Below, piece after piece: positions 39,977 through 48,960 of a stretch of DNA of 58,829 nucleotides. The notes beneath the pieces are model-generated. The model made no database searches and was not told the DNA's origin. It saw only the letters and a program-made list of their open reading frames with translations. Source of the stretch: an uncultured Flavobacteriales bacterium (GTDB lineage Bacteria > Bacteroidota > Bacteroidia > Flavobacteriales > BACL11); NCBI GenBank assembly GCA_905478185.1, contig CAJQHO010000007.1, positions 1 through 58,829 of the forward strand. Reading direction: 5' to 3'. Every line of letters starts with the position of its first letter. Within the stretch, counting starts at the first letter, position 1. The translations under genes and the position numbers were made by a program.

Positions 39977-42240
39977 TGAGAAATTATTTTTATAGTTTAC
40001 TAATAGTTCTTATTGCTTGTAGTCCTGAGCAAAAAGATACGGCAAAAAATTATTTACAATATGTAAATCCAATGGTTGGGACTAAGAATATGGGGCATAC
40101 TTTCCCTGGAGCTACCACTCCTTTCGGCATGGTTCAACTCTCTCCTACTACTAATATTCAACCCCTTTTTAAAGACGGAAAATATAATAAAGAAACTTAC
40201 AAATATTGTAGTGGATATCAATTTGAAGATACTTTAATTTATGGTTTTGCTCACACTCATTTTTCTGGGACAGGACATTCGGATTTAGGAGATTTTTTGT
40301 TGATGCCAACTGTTGGCACATTACAATCAAACAATATTCAATCTACATTTTCACATGAAAAAGAAAAGGAAGAAGCAGGATATTATTCAGTATATTTAGA
40401 AAGGTACAATATTCAAGCAGAACTTACTTCTTCTGATAGAGTTGGGTTTCATAAATACACTTTCCCCAAAACAGACTCTGCTCATTTCATTCTGAATTTA
40501 GATTACAATATCTATAATTTTGAGGGTAAAAATGTATGGACCTCCATAAGAGTGGAAAATGATTCTACAATTACAGGCTTTAGGCAAACAACAGGTTGGG
40601 CCAGAAATAAAACCATCTATTTCGCCATGAAATTCTCAAAAGCATTTACGTCTTACGGACATGAAAAAAGAGATAATACTACTTACAATGGTTTTTACAG
40701 AAGATTTAACGAAAAGGAAAATTTCCCGGAAATGGCAGGTAAAAATATAACTGCTTATTTCAATTTTGAAACAGATAATAAGGAAGATGTAAAAGTAAAA
40801 TTTGCTCTTTCTTCTGTAAGTACAAATGGAGCACTACTAAACATGGAAACTGAAGTGCCGCATTGGAATTTTGAAAAAACAAAAGAAGAAACACAAGGGA
40901 AATGGAACAAAGAACTATCCAAAATTGAAATAGAAAACATAACGGAAGAAGATGCAGAAACTTTTTATACAGCACTTTATCATACCATGTTAGGACCTAT
41001 TGTTTATGAAGATGTAGATGGGAAATATAAAGGATTAGATAAAAATATTTACACTTCTGATGGATTTACCAACTACACTATTTTCTCACTTTGGGATACT
41101 TACAGAGCGCTTCATCCTTTATTCAATATTATCCAGACAGAAAGAAATAATGACATGATAAAATCTATGTTAGCACACCAGAAACAATCTGTGCATGGGA
41201 TGTTACCTATTTGGAGTCATTATGCTAATGAAAATTGGTGTATGATTGGTTATCATGCAACTTCTGTAATAGCAGATGCAATTGCTAAAAATGTAGGAGA
41301 TTTCAGTAAAACAGATGCTTTGAATGCTTGTATTTCTACTTCCAATGTGTCTTATTTTGATGGGATTGAAAGTTACATAGAAAAAGGATTTGTTCCTGAA
41401 GATGTGAGTGGTTCTTCTGTTTCTAAAACTTTGGAATTTGCATATAACGATTGGTGTATTGCTCAAGTTTCTGACGAATTGAATGATGTAAATACTACTA
41501 AGGAATACCTAAAAAGATCAGAAAGTTACAGAAATGTATACGATAGTAAAATTGGGTTTATGCGACCAAAACTCAATGATGGAAATTGGAAAACACCTTT
41601 TGATCCTATGGATACGCACGGACAAGGATTTATTGAGGGAAATGCATGGAATTACGGTTTGTATGTCCCTCATCAAATTGATACTATGATTGAGATGATG
41701 GGAGGAAAAGATAGATTCTCTTTAAAACTAGATTCTCTTTTCGAGATAGAAATTGAAGAAAAATATATTGCAAATACAGAAGATATTACTAGAGATGGAA
41801 TTATAGGAAATTATGTGCACGGAAACGAACCTGGGCATCACATTCCTTACCTTTACAATTGGACAAATGATAGTTGGAAAACTCAAGAAAGAGTAAGAAT
41901 AATACTGAAAACTATGTACGGAAATAAGGAAAACGGACTCTGTGGAAATGATGATGCTGGGCAAATGTCAGCATGGTATATATTTAGTTCTTTAGGGTTT
42001 TATCCTGTTTGCCCAGGAAGTGATGAATATGCAATTGGAAGCCCAATGATTAAACATGGTAAAATAAATTTAGAAAATGGGAATGTCTTTGAAATTGAAA
42101 CTATTAATCAGAAGGAAGAAAATGTGTTTGTGGAAAAGATAGAACTAAACGGAGAAGTATTAAATAGAAACACCCTCTTTCATCATGAAATAAGTAATGG
42201 AGGTAAAATCACTTTTTACATGAGTAATACTCCCAAATAA
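39976..42240 (+). CDS. GH92 alpha-mannosidase, lipoprotein
   Basis: GHTFPGA..PFGMVQLSP, SLWDTYRALHP, HGNEPGHH and GNDDAGQMSAWY; ATG 39976 overlaps the upstream TAA. Confidence 0.95.
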   Translation: MRNYFYSLLIVLIACSPEQKDTAKNYLQYVNPMVGTKNMGHTFPGATTPFGMVQLSPTTNIQPLFKDGKYNKETYKYCSGYQFEDTLIYGFAHTHFSGTGHSDLGDFLLMPTVGTLQSNNIQSTFSHEKEKEEAGYYSVYLERYNIQAELTSSDRVGFHKYTFPKTDSAHFILNLDYNIYNFEGKNVWTSIRVENDSTITGFRQTTGWARNKTIYFAMKFSKAFTSYGHEKRDNTTYNGFYRRFNEKENFPEMAGKNITAYFNFETDNKEDVKVKFALSSVSTNGALLNMETEVPHWNFEKTKEETQGKWNKELSKIEIENITEEDAETFYTALYHTMLGPIVYEDVDGKYKGLDKNIYTSDGFTNYTIFSLWDTYRALHPLFNIIQTERNNDMIKSMLAHQKQSVHGMLPIWSHYANENWCMIGYHATSVIADAIAKNVGDFSKTDALNACISTSNVSYFDGIESYIEKGFVPEDVSGSSVSKTLEFAYNDWCIAQVSDELNDVNTTKEYLKRSESYRNVYDSKIGFMRPKLNDGNWKTPFDPMDTHGQGFIEGNAWNYGLYVPHQIDTMIEMMGGKDRFSLKLDSLFEIEIEEKYIANTEDITRDGIIGNYVHGNEPGHHIPYLYNWTNDSWKTQERVRIILKTMYGNKENGLCGNDDAGQMSAWYIFSSLGFYPVCPGSDEYAIGSPMIKHGKINLENGNVFEIETINQKEENVFVEKIELNGEVLNRNTLFHHEISNGGKITFYMSNTPK

Positions 42241-42241
42241 T

Positions 42242-42907
42242 ATGAAAAAAGAAGAGTTCATCCCATTAGAAAGCCAAAAACTTTCGGAAAAAGAAGTGAT
42301 AGCTAAAAGTGAAAACTACTACAAAAAAATAAGCAAGAGAAGATCTGTTCGTGATTTTTCGGACAAAGAAATTCCAAGAGAAGTAATAGAAAGTATACTG
42401 AAAGCAGCAGGAAGTGCTCCTTCTGGGGCCAACAAACAACCCTGGACTTTTTGTGTAATTAGTAATACAGAACTAAAATCGGAAATTAGAAAACTAGCTG
42501 AAATAGAAGAATATGAAAACTACCATGGTAGAATGTCCGATAGTTGGAAAGAAGATTTAGAACATTTAGGAACTGACCACATAAAAGAGTTTTTGGAAAT
42601 TGCTCCCTACCTAATAGTAGTGTTCAAAAAAGTGTACGATTTGGATGAAGAAGGAGGGAAATTACAAAACTATTATGTAAACGAATCGGTAGGGATAGCT
42701 TGTGGGTTTTTAATTACTGCTATACATCAGTCCGGATTAGTTACTCTAACCCATACGCCAAGTCCTATGAAGTTTTTGCAAACTGCTTTGGGAAGACCCA
42801 AAAACGAAAAGGCCTTTTTATTACTTCCAGTTGGTTATCCTGCTACCGATTGTAAAGTGCCTGATATAGAAAAAAAGAGTTTAGAAGAAATTAGTTTTTG
42901 GTTTTAA
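42242..42907 (+). CDS. Nitroreductase-superfamily flavoprotein, iodotyrosine deiodinase-like
   Basis: RRSVRDFS, APSGANKQPW, lid EEYENY..RM...W..DL..LGT...KEFL..AP, YYVNESVGIA.G, THTP and LLLPVGYP. Confidence 0.85.
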   Translation: MKKEEFIPLESQKLSEKEVIAKSENYYKKISKRRSVRDFSDKEIPREVIESILKAAGSAPSGANKQPWTFCVISNTELKSEIRKLAEIEEYENYHGRMSDSWKEDLEHLGTDHIKEFLEIAPYLIVVFKKVYDLDEEGGKLQNYYVNESVGIACGFLITAIHQSGLVTLTHTPSPMKFLQTALGRPKNEKAFLLLPVGYPATDCKVPDIEKKSLEEISFWF

Positions 42908-42912
42908 GCAAT

Positions 42913-45036
42913 TTACTCAACAACTATCTTTCTTACAGTATTTCCTTTTTCTGTAACTATCTTTAAAAAGTATATTCCTTTTGTTTTTATATCAATTTCT
43001 GATGTTTTATTTACAGAGATTAATTTCCCGTCAATAGCATACAAGTTAATTTGAGAAATCTCCAAATCACTTTTTACAGTAACTTTCCCTGCAGTTGGAT
43101 TTGGGAAAACTGAAAGCTGAACATCAATAAACTCATCAATAGCATTTGGAATTCCTAATTCACCCCATCTTTCTTCAAATTCTTGCAGATAGATATTAGC
43201 AATTGTTGCATCATGAATTATCAATGTATTTTCATCAGAATTATTTTCAGCATTTGAACTCCAATTATGAGACCCTGTTAAAACTGTAGGATTAGATCCT
43301 GATACATTTGCATCAGCAATAGCATATTTATGATGGAATGAATTAGAAACCCCCATATGGGTTCTTACATTTACTCCATTTGTTTGTAAGTTTGAGAACT
43401 CACTTCCAGTAATATTTTCTTGCTCAATAATACCTCTAATATTCACTCCAAAAGATGCATTTTTATCAATCACAGATTGAGCTAAATCATCTCTTGTAAA
43501 ACTCAACAATCCAAATTCAAGTGAATAATCTACACTTTCAATTACTTCATTTATTTTTGAAGTTGTTTGATCTGAGGGAGAAAAATACACTTCAACATCA
43601 GAACCCCCAACAATAAATTTATGTGGTGTGTTGTCTAATTTATTAGCACCAAAAGTACCAGCCCACATTTCTTCAAACTCTAATGTATAGGCTTTTGCTA
43701 TTGCCTCATCCTGAATAAAAATTAGATTATTATAATCATTAAAAAGATTAGAAGGATTAGTCCAATTTGTTGAGCCGCCCATCACCCAAGAATTATTTGT
43801 AGTATTAGCATCTACAATTATAAATTTATTATGCATGATGCCTGCCAATGAAGGATCACGATACACAATAGGAATATTTGGGTCCAAACTACTTAACATT
43901 ATATTTGTAACATCATCATCCGCAATATATCTCACTACAACTCCTCTATTATAAGCGTCATTGATGCCAGTAGCAATAGTGGCATCTGAGGCATTATATA
44001 CACAAACATCCAATGTGTTTTGTGCCAAATCCATATATGCTTTAATGGTATCATTAAAATAAGTTGTAATGTTTTGGGCATCAACTCCTGTTGAAAAACT
44101 TACATCCACAGAATGATTAAAATAAGGCCGTATAATTCCACTAGAATTAGAAGCGGTTGAATATAATCCAACTGTTGAGAAGGCTGTATCACTACCACTT
44201 ACCGAATAGCACTCTACATGATAAAAAGTTGCAGGCGTTAGTCCTGTAATACTTATATTATGTGTAGATGTATTACCTCCATTGTTAATAACATTCGTAA
44301 AAGCTGGAGTTATCCCAAAATTACAATTTGTTGAAGCAGAATCAGAAACTGTCCAATTTAAATCAAAGCTTGTAGTAGTAATATTTGATTGAGTAACAGA
44401 AGAAGTAAATAATAATGCTCCAGTTGGAATAATATCAGCACTGTCTCTTGGTAAAATCTGATACCCATCATTTGCCGGAACCATAAATGTATATTGAGAG
44501 CATATGCCAATCAGCGTAACTGCTCCCATAGGAATCATTGAATTCTCCAATGGACTACCAGCTTTAATGTAAATTTTACCTGTTTCTCCATTTGATTCAA
44601 AATCATGAGTTCCAACAATAAATAAAGATCCTCCACTATTAAAAATAACATTATCTATCTGTATTAATTCTGACTCTGTATCTTCTCCTATTTGCAAAGG
44701 TGTTATCAATTGAGGTAAAACAGGGTTTGATGATGAATTAATTGAATTTGAATTAACAGGCTGCATTTCCATCAAACCATTATAATCAACTAAAACACCA
44801 GTTACTGTGACCTCATCGCCTCTTAAAACAGATCCCATTACACCAGGGTCATAAATTGCCATACCAGCAGTAGCATCTTCAATATATCTAATTGGGCCTA
44901 ATTCATCTCCATTAGTTGCTGTTCCTGTAATAGTTACAGTTGCACCAACTCCTTGAGCTCTTGCAGTTGCAATATCTTGTGCAAATCCTATTATACTTAG
45001 TAAAGTTGCAAAAATAAATGTTGTTGTCTTTTTCAT
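42913..45036 (-). CDS. Secreted phospholipase D-superfamily protein with N-terminal OB-fold-like domains and a T9SS sorting domain
   Basis: Two HKD motifs (HNKFIIVD...GSTNW; HHKYAIAD...GSHNW); VFPNPT C-terminal domain. Confidence 0.87.
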   Translation of the reverse strand: MKKTTTFIFATLLSIIGFAQDIATARAQGVGATVTITGTATNGDELGPIRYIEDATAGMAIYDPGVMGSVLRGDEVTVTGVLVDYNGLMEMQPVNSNSINSSSNPVLPQLITPLQIGEDTESELIQIDNVIFNSGGSLFIVGTHDFESNGETGKIYIKAGSPLENSMIPMGAVTLIGICSQYTFMVPANDGYQILPRDSADIIPTGALLFTSSVTQSNITTTSFDLNWTVSDSASTNCNFGITPAFTNVINNGGNTSTHNISITGLTPATFYHVECYSVSGSDTAFSTVGLYSTASNSSGIIRPYFNHSVDVSFSTGVDAQNITTYFNDTIKAYMDLAQNTLDVCVYNASDATIATGINDAYNRGVVVRYIADDDVTNIMLSSLDPNIPIVYRDPSLAGIMHNKFIIVDANTTNNSWVMGGSTNWTNPSNLFNDYNNLIFIQDEAIAKAYTLEFEEMWAGTFGANKLDNTPHKFIVGGSDVEVYFSPSDQTTSKINEVIESVDYSLEFGLLSFTRDDLAQSVIDKNASFGVNIRGIIEQENITGSEFSNLQTNGVNVRTHMGVSNSFHHKYAIADANVSGSNPTVLTGSHNWSSNAENNSDENTLIIHDATIANIYLQEFEERWGELGIPNAIDEFIDVQLSVFPNPTAGKVTVKSDLEISQINLYAIDGKLISVNKTSEIDIKTKGIYFLKIVTEKGNTVRKIVVE

Positions 45037-45056
45037 TTTATTGATATTTTAATTAG

Positions 45057-47879
45057 TTAAAAATTGAATCTTGCGGATAAACTAAACCTTCTTCCTAAGC
45101 CAAAAAAAACTCCGGCTGATTTGGCATCAAAATCTTGATAGCTAGCATTATATGGGTCATTATTTTGTGCATCTGATATATAAATCTCATCAAACAGATT
45201 TAGAATACTTAATTTAATATCCATTTTGGTTTTTTCTGAAATCTTGAATTTGTATCCGGCATGTAAATCAATTAAATTATATGATGGGATTTTCCAGCTT
45301 TCTCTTCCTGCATTTTCACCATTTAATGATAAAGGATCAAAGTCTGCATAATAATTATCAAAATAAGTTGATCTAAATTTTATATACGAATTATATGAGG
45401 GTTCGTATCTAACACTAAAACCAAACTGTGTTTGAGCAGCATCACCAACGTGGACACCTTCAGCATCAAAACTTGCAATGATTTCATTACCAAAATCATC
45501 AGTAATTGGGTTATTATTATCATCTAAAAATCGTACAGTATCAGATGACATCCACTTCCAATCTCCTAGTGAAACAAGTCCTTCAAATCCCAGATTAGAT
45601 AAAATCTTATATGAAAAATCCATCTCGATTCCCTTGTGCAAAGCATCCATTCCATTTATATTTGCTCGGTATGATACATCATCTACTAAAACTGTAACTC
45701 CGCCATTTGAGGGTTTATTTTGCCATAATGTATAATATCCATTTAAGTTAGCTGAAAATTTAGTCGATCTATATGAGTACCCTCCTTCTAAAGCTTGAAC
45801 AATCTCATTTTTAATATCTCTAAATAAGCTATTGTCATAATAATAAACATTATTAAATCTTGGAGCTTTTGAGATATAGCCTAAGTTAATAAAGACATTA
45901 TTATATTCATCTAAATTAAAATTTGCTCCAGATTTTATAGTGAATCCTCTTATCCATTTCCAATTAGTCTCTGCTAATTTAGCTTCTGGAGAATTCATTG
46001 TATATGCCACTCCATTATGATAAACAGTATCAAGTACCATAGTTTTATTTGCTCCAATTAAGTTGCCATTTTCATCGAATTCTAAATCAGTAGCAACTGA
46101 TGTTCCTAATGCCTCAAAATAAGTAGTATCACCTAAAACTAAATCCTTTTTGCGGAAATAATCAATTCTTTTATAAGCTGAATTTGAGGCAGATATATTA
46201 AAAAAAGCACTTATCATTCCGTTACTGTATTCCATCTGTGAGAAAACACCGCTCCACTTAACAATTCCATCATTGTTATATCCTACCTTATCTCCAACTC
46301 TTTTTAACTCAGAGCTTTGTAATTTATTTGAAGCGTCGATAGCATAATCTGCCCCTAGCAAATCATATACCTCTCTATAGTGTTCGCCTTTATAATATCG
46401 CATATCTAATCCAGAAGATAAAGATATCTTGTCCGTAAGTTGATAATTTAAAGTAGAAAGACCTCCATACCAATAATGGTTATTAATTGAACTCCTTAAA
46501 TAAGTTCCTGCTTTATTTTCTGAAGCAGAATACAAGGCATCAATATTATTTAAATTAGAGTTGTATGCTTCTTGAAGATTATATTGTCCAATTGCATCGT
46601 AATTATTTGTATTTCCACTTAATCCTGTACCTCCACCATTACCAATAGAAGCATATAATATATTTGATATATAAAATTTATCATTAACAGTCCAAAAATC
46701 TCTTAACGAAAATTGTGGCTTATGATAATAATTCTGTTTAGTATTTAATGTCTCACTATTGTGCAAAGTATCACCATTCGAATCAATTGTCCATCTGTCT
46801 AAAAATCCCCAATGCTTATTATATTTAATCGCCTCGTTGTAATAATAATCCATGCCTTTAAAAACACCATTTGTAGAATCAGCTTGATAAGCTTGTTGAG
46901 CTCGATTCCAATAAGTAGAAATATCACTTTTATATGATCTTTGGCCATGTTTTTGTGGAGCTCCCATTGCAGAAAAACTAATTATATGATTTCCTATTTC
47001 TTTCTGAACTTTTGCATAATAGAAAAATCCTTCACTCCAAGTCTCATCAACAAAACCATTTCCTGTTTTATATGAACCTGCTAAGGTATCTCTCCAGCCA
47101 TTTTCCATTCTGCCTGAGTTAGAACCCACTGATGTTCTAAGTATTCCAAAACTACCGATAGACTGTTTAACAACGCCTCCATCTTTATTGCCAGTACCTT
47201 TTGTTAAGATATTCATAGTCCCTCCAACCGATGGAATTGCAATTTTTGAAGAACCTAATCCCCTTTGCACTTGAATATTTGATGTTACAGCATCTAAACC
47301 AAACCAATTAGACCAATATACCCAACCATTTTCCATATCATTTACAGGAATTCCATCAATCATTACTGCCACATTTCTCTGGTTAAAACCACGAATAGTT
47401 ATTCTTGCATCTCCATCTCCACCTCCGCTTTGTGTTGCATATACACCAGGAGTTGAATTTAGTACCATTGGAATATCTTGTGAAGCTAATTCCTCATTAA
47501 TCTGCTTCATTGGTATAGTAGAAAACGCTACAGGGGTCTCTCGATCTCTAGCAACATCGGCAACAACTTGAACTTCATTTAATAATACAGTCTTAAGCTT
47601 GAAATTTAGAATCTGTGATTTATTACCGACTGTAATAATTTTATTAATCTCTTTATAACCAACATATGATACCTTAATACTTCTTTCTCCAGCAGGTATT
47701 GAGAAGGTATAGTTTCCATCAAAATCTGTTGCTGTTCCTTGCCCCTTGCCGAACATGATAGTTGCGCCAATAAGCGCCTCTCCTGTGTTTGCATCAATAA
47801 CTTTTCCACTTATATTGGTTTGTGCTATAACACTAAAAGTAAGACTTATTAAAACACTTAATAAATATATCTTTTTCAT
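45057..47879 (-). CDS. TonB-dependent receptor with a carboxypeptidase-regulatory-like N-domain
   Basis: ISGKVID..TGE.LIGATI, GT.TDFDGNY; plug TPGVY...IRGF...VMIDGIPVND; terminal Phe. Confidence 0.93.
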   Translation of the reverse strand: MKKIYLLSVLISLTFSVIAQTNISGKVIDANTGEALIGATIMFGKGQGTATDFDGNYTFSIPAGERSIKVSYVGYKEINKIITVGNKSQILNFKLKTVLLNEVQVVADVARDRETPVAFSTIPMKQINEELASQDIPMVLNSTPGVYATQSGGGDGDARITIRGFNQRNVAVMIDGIPVNDMENGWVYWSNWFGLDAVTSNIQVQRGLGSSKIAIPSVGGTMNILTKGTGNKDGGVVKQSIGSFGILRTSVGSNSGRMENGWRDTLAGSYKTGNGFVDETWSEGFFYYAKVQKEIGNHIISFSAMGAPQKHGQRSYKSDISTYWNRAQQAYQADSTNGVFKGMDYYYNEAIKYNKHWGFLDRWTIDSNGDTLHNSETLNTKQNYYHKPQFSLRDFWTVNDKFYISNILYASIGNGGGTGLSGNTNNYDAIGQYNLQEAYNSNLNNIDALYSASENKAGTYLRSSINNHYWYGGLSTLNYQLTDKISLSSGLDMRYYKGEHYREVYDLLGADYAIDASNKLQSSELKRVGDKVGYNNDGIVKWSGVFSQMEYSNGMISAFFNISASNSAYKRIDYFRKKDLVLGDTTYFEALGTSVATDLEFDENGNLIGANKTMVLDTVYHNGVAYTMNSPEAKLAETNWKWIRGFTIKSGANFNLDEYNNVFINLGYISKAPRFNNVYYYDNSLFRDIKNEIVQALEGGYSYRSTKFSANLNGYYTLWQNKPSNGGVTVLVDDVSYRANINGMDALHKGIEMDFSYKILSNLGFEGLVSLGDWKWMSSDTVRFLDDNNNPITDDFGNEIIASFDAEGVHVGDAAQTQFGFSVRYEPSYNSYIKFRSTYFDNYYADFDPLSLNGENAGRESWKIPSYNLIDLHAGYKFKISEKTKMDIKLSILNLFDEIYISDAQNNDPYNASYQDFDAKSAGVFFGLGRRFSLSARFNF

Positions 47880-47891
47880 ATTAACGAGTAA

Positions 47892-47921
47892 AAAAATGCT
47901 GATGTTTCCATCAGCATTTTT
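47892..47921 (-). terminator. Hairpin/terminator between the lamin-tail gene and the TonB receptor gene
   Basis: AAAAATGCTGATG-TTTC-CATCAGCATTTTT. Confidence 0.8.
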
Positions 47922-47950
47922 AATTTAATGTTAAAATTATTAATTTATTA

Positions 47951-48859
47951 TTAATTTATTATTAATTTATTTTCTTTTAAAATTCCATTAACAAAACTTA
48001 TATTAACTATATAAGTTCCCTTGGATAAATTAGTTGTATTTATTAATCTGTCAAATACCACAGTTTCCCCTAACATATTAGTAACTTTTATTAATTTAAC
48101 CGGATTCTTTGAGTTAATTGCTACAGAATTTCCTTTTAAAGTAGGATTAGGATACATAACATATGACACATCATTTATATCATTCATTGAGGTAGCTCCC
48201 GAGCAATCACAAACATGTGATCCTAAATTAGAATAAGTTGCATCAGGAAGAGAATCATACTCAAGAGTTGGATTGAAAAGAATAGGGTTTTGTGTTACTC
48301 CCTGCTTTACAGTAGGTTTTCTTATTAATGTTTGTCTTTTAGTCCACCATGTTCCTCCATTTGCATCTGTGTAACCAGCAGTTACATCATCAGTCCATGC
48401 ACCGCCAGGATCTTCACCAACCTTACCAAAAATATCAACTGTATTTCCTTGATACTCTAATGTCATTGCGTCATCTCCATTAAAATAAAATGTACTATTA
48501 TCATCATAATCACCAGAACAATGAGCATCTAATACTGCATAAAAATTTGGATCTACAGGAACAGACCAGTATGTCCCTAAATCGATAGAATCAAGTTGCC
48601 CATTTCCAACCACAATTACATCTCCAGCTGCAATTGAGCCAGTCAAAGACCATACTTCAGGTCCAGAGCTGTTTCCATTTGAATATCTATTAATACTATA
48701 TCCAGCTAAATCAATTGTTGCATTGGTGGGATTGTATACCTCAATTCCGTTATTTTGAGCTGGACCTTCAACATATTCAGATATAAATAAATCTGAACAT
48801 ACTTGAGCGTTTAATGTTGCTGATATTATGACAGCAATTGGTAGTAATATTTGTTTCAT
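47951..48859 (-). CDS. Lamin-tail-domain protein with a T9SS sorting domain
   Basis: DLFISEYVEG...IEVYNPT...IDL.GY; FNGDDA..L; MYPNP C-terminal domain. Confidence 0.85.
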   Translation of the reverse strand: MKQILLPIAVIISATLNAQVCSDLFISEYVEGPAQNNGIEVYNPTNATIDLAGYSINRYSNGNSSGPEVWSLTGSIAAGDVIVVGNGQLDSIDLGTYWSVPVDPNFYAVLDAHCSGDYDDNSTFYFNGDDAMTLEYQGNTVDIFGKVGEDPGGAWTDDVTAGYTDANGGTWWTKRQTLIRKPTVKQGVTQNPILFNPTLEYDSLPDATYSNLGSHVCDCSGATSMNDINDVSYVMYPNPTLKGNSVAINSKNPVKLIKVTNMLGETVVFDRLINTTNLSKGTYIVNISFVNGILKENKLIIN

Positions 48860-48934
48860 GTTTTTTAGTTTAATTAAGCTGCTAATTTACACATTCAATT
48901 TAAAAAATTGATTTTTAAATGTAATTTATTTTGG

Positions 48935-48942
48935 TATCTTTG
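48935..48942 (+). promoter_or_regulatory. -7 promoter box TATCTTTG for acs
   Basis: TAnnTTTG 18 nt upstream of ATG 48961. Confidence 0.7.
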
Positions 48943-48960
48943 GTCAATTAAAACCATCTT

